Translations under genes and position numbers: made by a program
Part shown: one piece after another, positions 1 to 14,217 of the stretch
Layout of the letters: every line of letters begins with the position of its first letter
Numbering within the stretch: the first letter of the stretch is position 1
Source: Lama guanicoe
Taxonomy: Eukaryota
Direction of reading: 5' to 3'
Assembly (NCBI GenBank): GCA_013239625.1
Contig: MU054220.1
Span: forward strand, 806,848 to 870,847
DNA: 64,000 nucleotides
The notes under the pieces: generated by a model
What the model was told of the DNA's origin: nothing
What the model saw: the letters and a program-made list of their open reading frames with translations, nothing else
Database searches by the model: none

Positions 1-97
1 AGAGAAAAGGAAAGTTTGCATCAGATTTATGAAGACTTTTGCATCCAAAGAGATTGGCCCTAAGGCTAAATTAGTTTCTTCATGATGAATAATGCAC

Positions 98-1027
98 TTA
101 TTCAATACTTGACCTGCCATTTTTTCTCCAGAGCTTCTTCATAGCATTAGTCATCTCAGAATTTCTTAGACTGTAGATTAAAGGGTTCAGCATAGGAGTG
201 ATGACTGTAAAAAATACACTTAATGATTTATCAATGGGAAAAGTCTTAGCGGGTCTCACATATATGAAAATACAGGGAACAAAAAAGCAGACAACCACAG
301 TGATGTGGGAACCACAGGTCTGGAGAGCTTTCCGCCTCCCTTCCTGACTCAGGTTCTTTAGAGAGTGCAAGATGACTCCATACGAGATGAGTAAGAGCAG
401 AAACACAATAGTGCAGATCAGTCCTCCATTAGCCACTACAATGAGGCCAATGACATACGTGTCAGTGCAGACAAGTTTCAATAAGGGGTACACATCACAG
501 ATAAAGTGATCAATGACATTGGGGCCACAGAATGGGAGCCCATAAACAGTGCTAACTTGAATAACTGAGTGCAGAAAACCTCCAACACAAGACACCACCA
601 CCAGCACAACACACACCCTTTGCCTCATGATAACCAAATAATGCAAGGGCTTACAGATGGCCACGTAGCGGTCATAGGCCATCACCAACAGAAGGAAGAC
701 CTCTGATCCACCAAAAATATGCTCTGTAAACAGCTGAGTCATGCAAGATTCAAAGGATATGGTGTTTTCCCCAAAGAATAAGTCTGAAATCAATCTAGGG
801 GTAAAAGAAGATGAATAAGTGGCATCCATAAATGATAAGCTAGCAAGAAAGAAGTACATTGGTGACTTCAGGGTCTTACTGACAGTTATAGTCACAATAA
901 TGAGCAGGTTGCCCAACATGGTCAAAATGTAGAAGAGCAAGAACATAACAAAAAGGACTTTCTGCTCCTTTGGATTCTCTGTGAGGCCCAGGAGGATGAA
1001 ATAAGTTACATTGTTCCTTGGTTCCAT
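98..1027 (-). CDS. Olfactory receptor family 4, OR4A-like (resembles OR4A47), intact 309 aa
   Basis: Single-exon ORF with OR motifs [51 protein letters not shown] and [12 protein letters not shown]. Confidence 0.93.
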   Translation of the reverse strand: MEPRNNVTYFILLGLTENPKEQKVLFVMFLLFYILTMLGNLLIIVTITVSKTLKSPMYFFLASLSFMDATYSSSFTPRLISDLFFGENTISFESCMTQLFTEHIFGGSEVFLLLVMAYDRYVAICKPLHYLVIMRQRVCVVLVVVSCVGGFLHSVIQVSTVYGLPFCGPNVIDHFICDVYPLLKLVCTDTYVIGLIVVANGGLICTIVFLLLLISYGVILHSLKNLSQEGRRKALQTCGSHITVVVCFFVPCIFIYVRPAKTFPIDKSLSVFFTVITPMLNPLIYSLRNSEMTNAMKKLWRKNGRSSIE

Positions 1028-2139
1028 CTAGTCTGTACAGGAGGTGATTTCACATATCAGAAGCATTTTACCTACAAAACAAGGCAGAAAACTTTTAAAT
1101 GCATTTATCATAGTTTTATATTTTATTTATCCATTCTATTAAAAGAATGTGTATGAAGCATTTATTTGTGCCCAATACATCAGAGATAGTGTGATTACCA
1201 AGTTGGATAAGGCATAGTTCCCTCTCTGTGATATGATATATTATGAGGAATCAAACAGTTTCAGATCCACGAAATGAATAACATTATTAGACATTTACAG
1301 AAAGGTAAGAGTCACAGAGTAGGAATGCATCAGTCAAACGAAAGTCAGAGAAGGCTTCTCTGAGAATGTAATTTCTTAGCTAATCTTCTAAGAGAAAGCG
1401 AAAGAACAAGAAAAGATGGGAAGGAAATTCCATGAGGGTATACCATTTGCAAGTTCCGAAAATGTAATACTTGACACCCACATAAGCTAATTTACACATC
1501 CCAGTGTAGGTAGATCAAAATATGAATAGATGGCCAGTGCCCTGAACTGTCTCAGAACTCCCTAAACTGCTTTCTTACTGTCTTAGGTGGATATTCCCCC
1601 TTTTCCTGATGATTCATTGCTGAAGCCGTCCAGTTTTGTACCTCCAGCCTCTATCTCTACATGTATAAGCAGCACATACCGTTTTGGTCATCTCTAGTTG
1701 GGTATCAATTTAATATTTATAAAACATCATTTAAAATGTCCACAATAATAAATGTGTTTCCCATCTCATGAAATGGTACCGCCTTCAAAGTAATTGTTCA
1801 GATAAAAAGTTCTCACAGTATCGTTCGATTCTTTATTTCTTTCATATTAGTTGTTAATACTTTGAATATTTCCTGTTGTCTCTACTTTCAAGATACATCA
1901 CAAATTGGTTCATTTCCTACCTCCGCCTACTTCTGTTTTTGCCCATTGTAATCACCTCCTGCCAAGTCTCTCCACTTTTATTCTGGCCTCCATGCATCTG
2001 TTCTCCTCAGGTAGTCCAAAGTTTGCTCCTTAAATTTTGTTCTGATTGTATCACCCAACTGCTCTAAACACTTCTAGTGGATTCCAGTCATGTACTCAGA
2101 ATTTTATGTGTCACATTTGACATTTACAGTCATAGGAAT

Positions 2140-2255
2140 TGTATTCACCTTTTTATAGCTGAAAAAAATGAGGCTCAGACCATCTCATTAATTTCCCCAA
2201 GGTCACACATTTTTACATGATAAAACTAGAATTGGAACCTAGGTTTGATCTGTCT
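2140..2255. mobile_element. MIR SINE fragment
   Basis: Degenerate MIR core: ttttatagctgaaaaaaatgaggctcaga...cccaaggtcacaca...agaattggaacctagg. Confidence 0.6.
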
Positions 2256-4067
2256 CAAAATGATTTATTTCTTACATAGTAAAGTCACACAATTGTGAAT
2301 CCTGGTTCCCACTATGTATTGTTATTCTCACCTTGTGGAGGCTTGTTCCATAATCTGAAGGATGGGTTTTTAAATTACTCATAACCTGGAATTCTATTTT
2401 CATCCGATTTGACAACAGAGGGCAAAAGACTGCATTGTTACTTGAGGATATATTCTATTTCATTCCACTATGTTTATTTTTTCTATGGAGTCTCCTGAAT
2501 ATTCAGAAGACATTTGATTTGCACTGCAGATTCTTTAAAAGAAATACCATGGTGACTACAAAAAACAAAGGTTTATCATGTTTGGATAATTTATCAAAAA
2601 GATCAAAATCCTATATTCACATAGGAAGATTGTAAACAGCCATTTTCTGAAGGAAATGTATCTCAAGTAACTTCATTTCCTAAACTTCAAAATAGAAAAA
2701 TATGATTTAATTTTTTAATCCTTCTCCTCTATCTTGTTGGTGTGGCCAGATTAGTTGATTTAAGAGCTTGAGATACATTCTGTTTCTTTCTTTTTGTTAT
2801 GATTTGCTTGAAGCCTGAAAAAGGATCTCCTGAAAAATTATATCCGTTCTTAAATGATAGTATCTCTGTTCCCACTCGGGGCAAGATCACTGGACATTTT
2901 ATTCCTTCTAACCTCATTTGTTCTTAAGTCTTAGAATTGGAAAGTGTCCAAAACCAATTCTCACTTAATTAAATTCACTGGGATTTTCCACTACATTTTA
3001 AAAATTCATCAGTATGTAAAGAGGCTACCAAACCTCATCACAGATTTAGGGTGAAAAAGGTGTCACATGAAAAAAAAAAAAAGAAAAACAGCTTTATAAC
3101 TGCTTTCAAACTATTGCAAACCAAGAATAAAATAGCAGCCAAATCATTTTGTTTCAGTGACAGTTAATTCCTCAAGTGTTTCCCCACTTGCCATAGCAAG
3201 CTTATCATTCTTTTTGTTTAATATTCAACTTATCCTGTCTTGACACTTATTAAATTCATGAAAATGTTATCACCATTTCAGCTATAATATCTAATATTGT
3301 ATCTGATTATTATTTATTTTAATACTTAAGACAACTATGTTATACAAGGAACTGTGTTATAGTTGAGGTGACAGCAATCAATAAAACAAGGGGAAAAAAA
3401 TCACATGAAAGTTTCTTCCAACATGGATCTTATATTCTTACAATAGAGTCAGATGAAAAAAAAGGAGACAATTTAATAAATTAGGAGGTTAGGGGACCAT
3501 TCCAGCAACAAGAATGCTTACAAGGTCAGCCAGCTTTCAGCATGTTCCTTTCTTCAGGCCCAGATAAATTATGCATGAGGCTTCCTAGAGATAGATTAAT
3601 TAATTATTATGTAATTAATGTATTTATTTACATATATACTTATAAAACTAACATGTATATTAACAATACTCTATGAGAAGTAAGGAGTTCTATTACAATT
3701 TAAAAGACTCTAATAATAAAGTGTTCACAGTAACTAGCATTTCTGAGCACTTATATATAAGAGTTTACACAGATTCTTTTATTTGATCTTGAAAATATCT
3801 CCACCATTTCCCATTTAACAAAACTTGAGGAAGTTGTGTTTTGCCAAAGTTTACATTAAAATGGGAAAGTTAAGATTTGATCTCAGAAGAATCTTCCTCA
3901 AAAAGACTATGCTCTTTACCATTATAGCATATTTAAACTGGTCACCCAATGCTCAAAAATGTACGTGAAATTTGTAATAATGTAAAATCCCCACCAATAA
4001 AGCAAAACTATGAAAATGAGTTCCTTAAAGTGAATGGCTAGTTAAGATAATAATAAAAATGACTTTT

Positions 4068-4567
4068 TATTACTGAGTCTATGTTTATACTGCTCGCCAC
4101 ATAACACGCTAATAAACTGAGACAAAAGTTGTTAGGGCAAGGAATAGTGACTTTATCTGGGGAGCCAGCAGACCAAAGGTGGACTACTGTCCCAAAGAAC
4201 CATCTTGCCTGGGTTTGGATGTTAATTTGTTTATAGAACAGAAAGCAGAAGTGAGGCAGTAAAGAATAAAAGGTGAAAGGTGTTGCAAATATTTCCTGGT
4301 TCTGGCCAGACTCCAGGGGGCATGTGTGAATGTCCTGCGGTCAGTCACAGGCGGGCCTGGTCGGGAGGTTTCCTTGAGCTCAACAAAGGTATTTTAGGTT
4401 AATGCTCAGACACAGGAGGCCCCAGAGAGGGGCCATCCATTATGTATACTTCAAGCTATAGGCGACCTCCCTTTAGTGATTAACTTGTAGCAAAGGCAAT
4501 AGAGCACAAAGGTGAAAGTAAGAGAAGCAGACCCACTGTGAAGTCAGAGCTGTTCTTCCCGGTCACA
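4068..4567. mobile_element. ERV1-type solo LTR
   Basis: GC-richer ~500 bp block ending ...gttcttcccggtcaCA. Similar along its length to the LTR at 14218-14728 (tgctcgccac, ccagcag, ttcaagctatag, gttcttccc). Confidence 0.65.
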
Positions 4568-5376
4568 GATGCATCCAGTTTAGCGTCTCTGTGTAACAAA
4601 GTGACAGTATGCGGAAACTGAGAATTAATTAATTACTTCTGTGTAGACTGGTATGTAATAGCCTTCAGAAGGCTAAGCAGCTCAATGCAAAATTTAAACA
4701 CAGGCATAAACACATGCATGTGTGACAATATGCTGGTATTCACAAACGTATGAGTCAAATCTCAGAACAGATTCACTGCATCTCGAAGACTGAGAGACAA
4801 TGGTCTGGGATGCGGAGGAGGTTTTATTCTACACTCTTTCATTTCCATAGATTCTATTTTTAATATTTATTAATATCTATCATCCAAATTTTATTTTAAA
4901 ACTAAAATATTACATTAAAATTTCACAAGTAAGTCAAATGAAGTAAAGACAATAGTCCATACAGCATTAAATATTTTAACTAATATAACAAATAGAATGA
5001 TGAGTAAACACAAGAATCTGACAAAAGTGAAACTAAGAATGAGAAAGTAATAAAAGTAAATGCAGAAATTCATTAAAATTAGAGTAACTCTATAAAAATT
5101 TCATTGATTAATTCATTAGATATTATTTATTGACTCCCTACTTAATGCATTCCACCCCTCCCCACCCTGCTAGGTGCAGTAATCAACCAGACATTCTAGG
5201 ATGCACATTCTAAAATGGAAACTGTCATTGTTTTTGAACATATAATTCAATCTTTAATTTAATTATCATAAATCCTTTAGAGAAAAAGAAAATTTGCATT
5301 AGATTTATGAAGACTTTTACATTCCAAGAAGATTGGCTCTAATGTTAAATTAGTTTCTTGGTGACGGGTAATTCTC

Positions 5377-6305
5377 TTATTCAATGCTTGATCTGCCTTT
5401 TTTCCTCCAGAGCTTCTTCATAGCATTAGTCATCTCAGAATTTCATAGACTATTGATTAAATGATTCAGCATAGGGTGATGACTGTAAAAAACATGCTTA
5501 ATGATTTATCAATCAGGAAAGATTTAGCAGGTCTCACATATGTGAAAATACAGGGAACAAAAAAGCAGACAACCACAGTGATGTGGGAACCATAGGTCTG
5601 GAGGGCTTTATGTCTCCCTTCCTGACTCAGGTTCTTTAAATAGTGCAAGATGACTCTATAAGAGATGAGCAAGAGCAGAAGCACAATGGTGCAGATCAGT
5701 CCTCCACTGGCCACCACTAAGATGCCAATGACATATGTGTCAGTGCAGATGAGTTTCAATAAGGGGTACACATCACACATAAAGTGATCGATGACATTAT
5801 GGCCACAGAACTGGAGCCCATAAATAGTGCCAAGTTGAATTACTGAGTGCAGAAATCCTCCAACCCAGGACACCACCAGCAGCACAACACACACCCTTTG
5901 CCTCATGATAACCTAATAATGCAAGGGCCTACAGATGGTCACACAGTGAACATAAGCCATCAGCAATAGAATAACAATCTCTGATCCACCAAAAATATGC
6001 TCTTTAAACAGCTGAGTTTTGTAATATTCAAAGTATATGGTGTTTTCCCCAAAGAACAAGTCTGAAAGCAATCTGGGGGAAATAGAAGAGGAGTAAGCCA
6101 TGTCCATAAATGATAAGCTCAGAAGAAAAATGTACATTGATGAGTTCAGGGTCTTACTGACAGTTATTGTCATGACAATGAGCAGGTTGCCCAACAAGGT
6201 CAAAATGCAGAAGAGCAAGAACATAACAAAAAGAACTTTCTGCTCCTCGGGATTCTGTGTGTGGCTGAAGAGGATGAAATTAATTACATTGTTCCTTGCT
6301 TCCAG
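5377..6305 (-). pseudogene. OR4A-like pseudogene, duplicate of the 98-1027 gene
   Basis: Collinear with 98-1027 including flanks. Start ATG is changed to CTG (6303-6305), there is a TAG stop at 5913-5915 after PLHY, a 1-bp deletion near 5475 in TM7, and [10 protein letters not shown] has decayed to [10 protein letters not shown]. Confidence 0.92.
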
Positions 6306-6450
6306 CTAGTCTGTACAGGAGCTGACTTCAGATATTAGAAGAATTTATCAATAAATCAAGGCAGAAAACTTTTAAATGCATTACAAGTTTTATCTTTTAT
6401 TTAACCATTTAATTAAAACAATGTGTATGAAGTATCTATTTGTGCCCAAT

Positions 6451-6840
6451 GTGTTATAGTGCAGAGCTCTACAGATGGTCACATAGGGTCATAGGCCATG
6501 ACCACAAGGAGGACAATCCCTGAAGCTCCCAAGAAATGTTGAGTAGAGAGCTGTGTCATACAGTCACTGAGAAGGGGACAGCTTTTGAATCAGAGAGCAA
6601 ATTAGTTAATGTTTTAGGAATTGTGGAAGAGGAATAGCATACATTTATCAAAGACGAGAAAGTCAGGATGAAATAGGTGGGAGGGTCCAAAGTTGGGCAC
6701 AGATTATAGCAACCTCAGTGAGCAGGTTGCCCGTGACAATGACAATTAGGTGATAAGGATCACCAAAAAAATAATTTTCTGCTTCTGAGGATTCTGCTTA
6801 AATCCCATTAAAATGAATTCAGTCATATTCATCCTGTCTT
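6451..6840 (-). pseudogene. 5'-half fragment of an older OR4-family pseudogene
   Basis: Manual translation across frameshifts gives NMTEFILMGFKQNPQKQKIIF, GNLL, YSSSTIPK, CMTQLSTQHFLGASGIVLLVVMAYD and YVTICRALHY, after which homology stops. Confidence 0.85.
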
Positions 6841-8239
6841 CTTTCACTTCAATGCTGATGATGAATGCAGAATTGGGGCATTAACATGTAAAGACAATAT
6901 TTTCAGTAGCAAGGTGACTAAAACTTAATATATTGGATTTTCAAATAATCCAAAGCATTTTGATAATATAAGCTACTTTTTCCATAGTGTGCTAGAGGAT
7001 AAGCAACATGACAAAAATGAGTGAACAACTGAGGCTGTTTAGTTCAGCTTCCTACAAAGATGCTCAAATCCCTCTTCAATGCCTTCTGACAGCTTGTCCC
7101 TGGGCCTTTGCTGGAACACCTCTAGTCACAGGGAGCTCACAGTATAATAAATCTGACTGCTTCTCAGCCAATAAGAAATGCTAAAGACTCTTTCTTAACT
7201 ATTAAAATATTTGTACAACTGTTGATTCTGGTTCTGCACACTGTTGATACACAAGCTGAGTCTAATTCACCCACCCCTTCCATTTAAAAGCCACTTAAAT
7301 AAGTCTAAGGAATACAGGCCTTTCTCCCCAGCACTTGGTTCAGTGTCTGACTCACACTGCTGTTCAACAAAATTAAGTGAATAAACAAGTTGGAAGATGT
7401 TCAATTCCCTCTGTTTTTTTTTCTTTCTTTCTTTTTTCAAGCTAATCTAAAACATAGCATTTACTCTCTTACCTCCCCAAAAAAACAAAGAAACAAAACA
7501 ACTGAATAAACAGTTGGAATGTTAAAAATGATCTTTCTTTCACCCATTGAGATCTCTCACTCTCTCCATCATGAGCAGCTCTCTTTCCTGATCTACTTTA
7601 ACCAGTCCCCTTTCCTTCTGGTCAAGGGGTAGTGTGAGCTGAATATTTCAGGGAAGGTGAGAAGAAAAGAGGAATGTCATAGTGTTTATTGTCCTGGTTC
7701 CCTGTGGTGGTTTGTCCATGGCTGGGCACCTTTCACTGAGGATGGGCTCCCTTGGATGGACCTTCTGGGCTCCTGTGATCTCTCTCTGAAGCCCTACTGT
7801 GTTCATGTCTTCCTACTGCTACTAACCCTGGGGTCTTTATCATCCCCTGTTAGTTTCCCTCAACTTAACCCATACCTTGACAAGTAAATATATTCAACTC
7901 ATTTTAATCTCCCATTTTGAGTATGCTATTTCTTGTTAAAACTCCAGTGGATGCAGAAATTCTGTGGTTATTCCTTTGTAAAAATGTAAATGTGGAAATA
8001 GTTTTCTCTTTATGTACATATATTTTGTTCATGAGGCATCTGTAATTCCTTTGATGTATAGCTGCTAAATAAATGAAATTTTGTTTGGAGAAAATACTGT
8101 GAAAGACAGAAATGCAACACACTCACAGAAAAAAATCTATGTGTTATCTATAGCATTCCTTTGGAGTCATGAGTCTATGGGATTTATACCTTTGACTGAC
8201 TTTAAGCTGCTTTACACCTCTTGAAGTTGTAGAAAACTG

Positions 8240-9790
8240 ACGATAATGCAGGTAGTTTTTGTCCATAGAAATAGAGTGAGAGACACACACACTGACAGAG
8301 AGACATCTGGAGAACTAAAGAGGACCCCTCTCAGCTAAGCGTCAGACTACTGATCAGTGCATGCGTTTCAGGAAACTCCCTGAGGCTGGGGAAAGATTTA
8401 ACCAGATGGACTACTGAGAAGGGTGCTTGGTCCTCACACGGGACCCAGAATAATGCACATTCTCACCAGCTGGAAAAGCTCTTAGCTCCCAAGGCCAGGG
8501 CAGTGAGTTGAATATTTAGGAAGACTTAGCGTCAGTCATGGGACATAATTACCCCTAGACTGAGCGCATCTCAAGGCCGCCTCAGAAACCACATCAGCAA
8601 GGAAAAAAAAAAAAGATCCAAAAAAAGCATCCAATAGAATCAAACTAAATACTAAATACTGTGTTCAGAGTTTTGTGTCTTTGTTAATGTGAAGTATTAA
8701 TCTAATTATTTTCTTTGCCATACTCTGTTCATTTTGTTATAAGGGTTTTGCTGGGTGCATAAAGTGCATTAGGAATTGTACTAATTCCTCCCATCTGTGA
8801 AAGTATTTATGTAGAGTGGTGCTATTTCTTTATTAGTGGGTCTATAGAATTCATTGATTCAAACTATGTGGAAATGAAATTTTGTTTTGGGAATGATAGG
8901 ATTCTAAAGAATTCATTTATTTAGGTATTAAGTTATTCCAGCTTTTAATTATTTTTCCTTGTGTGTTTAGACACTTGTATGTTTATAGCAGTGGTCCATT
9001 TTCCCTTAGTTGGTGAGTACGCCATCATAAATTTGCTCATCATATCATTTTATTCTTTTTAAGATCTGCACTATCTGCAGTGATGACCCTCCCTTCACTG
9101 TTAATTCTGATAATTTGTTCTTTTTTCATATTTTTTTCTTAATCTGTTTTCTAGGATCTTATCAATTATATTAAGCTTTCAAAGAACAAATTCCTGGTTT
9201 TAAATATTGTCTCTATTTTCATTTAATTTCTATTTATGATTTCTGTCTTCTATTTACTATTTCCTTTCTACAGTGTCCTCTGGGTTTAATTTTTATTATC
9301 TTTTTCTAGCTTCTTGAGACAGAAGCTCAGTTCATTCTGTGTAACATTTCTTGACTTCCAACACTTGCATTTAAGGTATACATTCCTCTCTAAGCACTCC
9401 TTTAGCTATGTCCAGTGGATTTATATAGAATAATATATCACATATATTCTTTTATATGTATACATATACTTCATAAGTACCTTTCATATATCTTTTATAG
9501 AAATTTATATCATTATTGTTGTGTTGAAAATATACCTTTCAGAAAGTTCACAGTTAATTTAGATTTCTAATGCTTACTTTGTAATTCATTGGAAAATGAT
9601 ACATTTTAGTTATCAGTTTCCAGTTGAATTACATTATTGTAAAATATATATGTGTATATATATACATATGTATACATATATGTATATATATACTATATGA
9701 TTTAAGTCCTTTGTAAGGTATTATGATTGTGTCATGGCCTAGTCAATAGTCTACTTTGGTGAATGCCCCATGAGCACTTGGAGATGAGTA
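8240..9790. mobile_element. Old L1M-type LINE fragments (a 5'-end-like piece followed by an antisense ORF2-like piece)
   Basis: T-rich antisense L1 character at 8660-9790 (tttcaaagaacaaattcctgg, ttcctctctaagcact, gaatgccccatgagcacttg). The 8240-8650 part resembles an L1M 5' region. Confidence 0.5.
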
Positions 9791-10119
9791 GAATAGCCCC
9801 ACAAATTTTTTATTTCCCCATTTCCACACTAACATAGATTCTATCAACTTGCCTGTCTGAAAATATGTCACCAACTATGTGATAAAATGTATCTGCATTT
9901 GAAATGAGTTTTAAGTGTCTTGCTCTGAAATTAGCATTCATAATATTTTGGAAATGAGTTCAGATGTCATCTTCAAAGACAAAATTTAAACACATATTCC
10001 TATTCTGAAGGTCATGATTTAAACACATTTTTACATATTTCACTTCTGCCTAGACTGGACTTTTCCTTTCTGGTGACATGACTTCAAGTTTGTTTTTTGT
10101 TCGTTTGTTTATCTTTTTA

Positions 10120-10295
10120 GGCTTTTCCTTGGGGAGCATTGTCCTGTAAGCCCTGTTCTATGTGGTGATTATCCTGGTGGCATCCCTAGAGAATAAAGAG
10201 TCTACCATCAAAATTATGATTAAGGTCCCAATGAATTTAATTAGACAAGAATCACCCTTGGAGATGCACCAGTTGAATGACTCCATTATATGGTC
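10120..10295 (+). promoter_or_regulatory. Candidate OR promoter (O/E-like and homeodomain-like motif cluster) for the 12120 gene
   Basis: O/E-like ccttggggag, tccctagaga and cccttggaga are interspersed with ttaattag and ccatta about 1.9 kb upstream of the CDS. A possible small exon follows (ttacag|g...|gtatgt near 10347-10393). Confidence 0.4.
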
Positions 10296-12119
10296 AGGAG
10301 TTCAAATGTAGATAAAGGGTTTACTGACCTTTGTTCTTTCCTTACAGGAAAGACACTCATGAGCTGAAATGATGGACTCCAAACTTAAGAAAGTATGTAT
10401 ATGTAATCATTCTCCATCTTTCAGGAAACCCAAAGTTCAACAATGCTGTATCAAGGCAGGACAGTATAACTTACTGAGACTCAAAAGACTGCAAAAGCTA
10501 TTTCACTATCTCAAATTTATTGGTATAAGTCACCAATAAAATCATTTCTATGCAAACAATTCACAACACAATTTACAGTTTTCTCTCCAATCAAAATGTT
10601 GAATTAACATTAGTCGGTGATTCGGACAAATCCTGCCAAAAATGACTATTTTAGTTCTCTGTTCAGACTCAAGATTCAGAGTTCTTTAGTAATGGGCCAT
10701 TGATACTCATTTTGAAAATCCCAGTTATCTGAAAAGGAATATTTTTCTGAATGATTGAGATGAGTTAGACTTCCTGCCAACATGGAATGAGTTGGTCACA
10801 CGGAAGCAGTTCAAGGTCCAGTGATGGTGTATGTATCTTGCCGTCTGTGTTCTGAGAGATGACATCAGTGGGTGAAGGACAGAAGAAAAGGCAGAGAATC
10901 CAGAATGTGGATTGAATGGCTGTCTCCTTGTGCAGGTAACCCGGGAGGGTGTTTATTCACAAGATTCTGAACTAAGCTTTACATTTTGCCAGAGTACAAT
11001 GGTGGCATGAGAGTTCAGTCTTTTAAAGGTTCTCCTTTGTGATTTCCACAATCAGCCATGTTAGCAATCCTTTATGATCACTAAAGTGTATGGAGATTGA
11101 TTCTATTCTATAATACTCTTCCTGAATATTTTTGTATTACCCTCTCTAACAGAAAGAGACCTTCTTTAACATAAAGTAGTCTTAGAAACTAATTTCAAGT
11201 GTAACTAATTTGGGATATTTCCATAAGGAGATATTTATAAATCTGATGACAGTCTCAATCAATATGTTTTCTAAACATTGTTTGTTAATCTGTTAAAAAT
11301 TAAGAGATGATGTAGCATCTGTAGACCTTGAGTGGCTTTCAAGGACACAAAGTAATGCTGTAGTAAGTAAGCCATTACCTCAGTTCCCACTTTTCTGTTC
11401 CCAGCCTCAGTGAACTAACATGTTTGTTGGCCATTTAGATGTATTCTTCCTTTAACTGTTTGTATGTTTATTTATTTTATATTTCACTTTTATTTTATGC
11501 ATAAGTTGTTTTGACATTTTTGTCTATTTTAGACATTAACTCTGTGTAGATCCTGTGAAATGTGAATCTTTCTCCAAACTGCCTTTGCCTATTTACACTG
11601 TGGTATCTTTTCCTAAGACATTAAAAACTTTTTTGAAATTGTTAAATATATCTCTTTGGGATTTAAGTGATTGGTTAAGAAGTTTCTTTCAACCCTAAAT
11701 TGGAGAAGGTCACTTCCTTAATGCTGGAAATTAAAATAAAGTAAATCTTTCTTTCCTTTTTTATTAGAACTTTAATCAATTTTTATTTTTGTATAAGATA
11801 TTACCTATATATACAATTTAATTAGCTTCCAGATGGAAAGCTAATTGTGGCAACTCGTTTACTTAATAATATGTTCTTGTCCCACATATGTCTCTTAATT
11901 TCTTGCCACTCCATTAGACTGAAAGCTTTTTGAGGTTAGGGACAATGTTTTAATCAGCCTTGTACTATAATCACTGAAAGTACTGGAACACAGTAAATCA
12001 TACTGCCTATTCCGTGATTGAATAAACTAATTATCTAGAACTTCAGGAAGCCCCTAGGAACAATTATATTAACAGAAATTTTTGTCCTGAACACTGAAAT
12101 AAGACATACAGAAGACTCT

Positions 12120-13037
12120 ATGGACCAAAGGAGGAATGTGACTGAGTTTGTCCTCTTGGGGCTCACTCAGAGCCCCCAGGGTCAGAAAATATTATTTGCT
12201 GTGTTCTTGCTCATCTACATGGTGACAATGGTGGGCAACCTACTCATTGTCGTGACTGTGGTGGTCAGCCCAACTCTAGATGCACCTATGTACTTCTTTC
12301 TTGGCTATTTATCATTTATGGATTCTGTTTATTCTACTACAGTCACCCCAAATATGATTGTAGATTTACTCTGTGAGAAGAAAACCATTTCATTCCAAGC
12401 CTGCATGACCCAGCTTTTTATAGGGCACTTATTTGGTGGTGCTGAGATTTGCCTCCTGGTTGCCATGGCTTATGACCGCTACGTGGCCATCTGCAAAACT
12501 TTACATTATTCAGCAATCATGGATAAGCGAGTGTGTGTTCTGCTGCTGCTATTGGCCTGTGTTGGTGGGTTTTTACATGCAGTAGCTCATCCTCTTTTTG
12601 TTTATAACCTTCCCTTCTGTGGTCCCAATGTCATTGACCACTTCATCTGTGACATGTATCCCTTGTTAAAACTTGCTTGCACTGACACCTACGTTATTGG
12701 CCTCACTGTGGTTGCCAATGATGGGGCAATCTGTGTGGTCATCTTTATGCTCTTGCTCATATCCTATGGGGTCATCCTGCACTCCTTGAAGAGTCTTAGT
12801 CAGGAAGGGAGGCGCAAAGCCTTGTCCACCTGTGGCTCCCACATTACTGTGGTGGTCCTCTTCTTTGTTCCCTGCATCTTTATGTATGTGAGACCTCCTT
12901 CTACCTTACCCATTGATAAATGCTTGACTGTGTTTTACACCATTATCACCCCTATGTTGAACCCTCTAATCTATACTCTGAGAAATGGAGAGATGAAACA
13001 TGCCATGAAAAAGCTCTGGACCAGAAAAAGGAAATGA
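12120..13037 (+). CDS. Olfactory receptor family 4, OR4A-like, intact 305 aa
   Basis: Motifs [44 protein letters not shown] and [12 protein letters not shown]. Confidence 0.93.
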   Translation: MDQRRNVTEFVLLGLTQSPQGQKILFAVFLLIYMVTMVGNLLIVVTVVVSPTLDAPMYFFLGYLSFMDSVYSTTVTPNMIVDLLCEKKTISFQACMTQLFIGHLFGGAEICLLVAMAYDRYVAICKTLHYSAIMDKRVCVLLLLLACVGGFLHAVAHPLFVYNLPFCGPNVIDHFICDMYPLLKLACTDTYVIGLTVVANDGAICVVIFMLLLISYGVILHSLKSLSQEGRRKALSTCGSHITVVVLFFVPCIFMYVRPPSTLPIDKCLTVFYTIITPMLNPLIYTLRNGEMKHAMKKLWTRKRK

Positions 13038-13229
13038 GACAGCAGGGAAATGTTATCACTTATTTTCAATGACAAATTGCTATTTTCAGTAAAGCCATGT
13101 GTGACTATTTACCTGTAGTAAGTGTCTCCTCAGGTTTAATAACTTGAGCATGATAAAAAAAAACATTTATTATATGAATACTTCCAATGATCTAATTATA
13201 CTTTTAAGATTTTCATAATTTTCTAGTTC

Positions 13230-13285
13230 AAATATATATATATATATACATGTGTGTGTGTGTGTACATATGTAAATATATATAA
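13230..13285. repeat. (TA)n(TG)n microsatellite
   Basis: atatatatatatatatacatgtgtgtgtgtgtgtacatatg. Confidence 0.85.
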
Positions 13286-14217
13286 TTTGAAATACATTTT
13301 TAAGATCTTCACCATTTCTTAGGGAAATATGTACAATTTTTAGATGTAATGTGTCTCTCTTGTGAATATAGATTTATATGCTGTATGATGAGTTAAGCTA
13401 GTTTATATCACAAATTTATTTTAGTTAGGGGAAGATTTTCTCCTGTTTCTTCGTTAACTTATGTAATCTTTCTCAGAATTAATGATGCATTACAGTTTTA
13501 AAAAAATAATAGAAGAAATATGACATAAACATTTTATTCACTCCTCCCCACACAAAGACAGGCCATATTAATATTTAAAGCAAGATACTTTAAATCAATT
13601 AATTAGCTTGTATTGCTTAGACTATTAACATCAAAGAATATAGTTTCAGTGTTGTAATAGAAATCATAAGGAAGCTAAGTTTATAAAAATAATGTGAATT
13701 CACAAGATGTATATGCAGAAAAATAAACAAATCTTACTTCTTTTCCTAATTGGGTGATCACATTATCTCCTCAAGTGGAGCAGCTTTGTTTGAAGTTATA
13801 TTTTCATAGATATGATCCATCAATTTTCCCAAATAGTTTAAAATATCTGATCATACCTCTGTTATTTTTCAATATCACCATCTCCTTTTTTTGCTTATAT
13901 GTTTCATAAACTCTATAGAGACCCAGGTTCTTCCTTTTTGTGTAAATTTAGCATTCACCGTAATCCATGAGCTTAAAATATGCATTTTAGAACTTGACAC
14001 CAGACATTTTGAGTGATATCATTGTTAAGAAAGATGGTGACTATATATGCCCTTCTTATCTCTCATGTTAATGAAATACAGTTTCCTAGGTAATAAAGAG
14101 GCCAGATATATATTGTTTTCTTTGATAGGCATCATTCATAAAATCCTCTCCCTCTGTGAATGAAGCTTAAAACAAAGTATTATCTGCCTCTAAATCATCA
14201 GAAGTATGTGGTCAACA

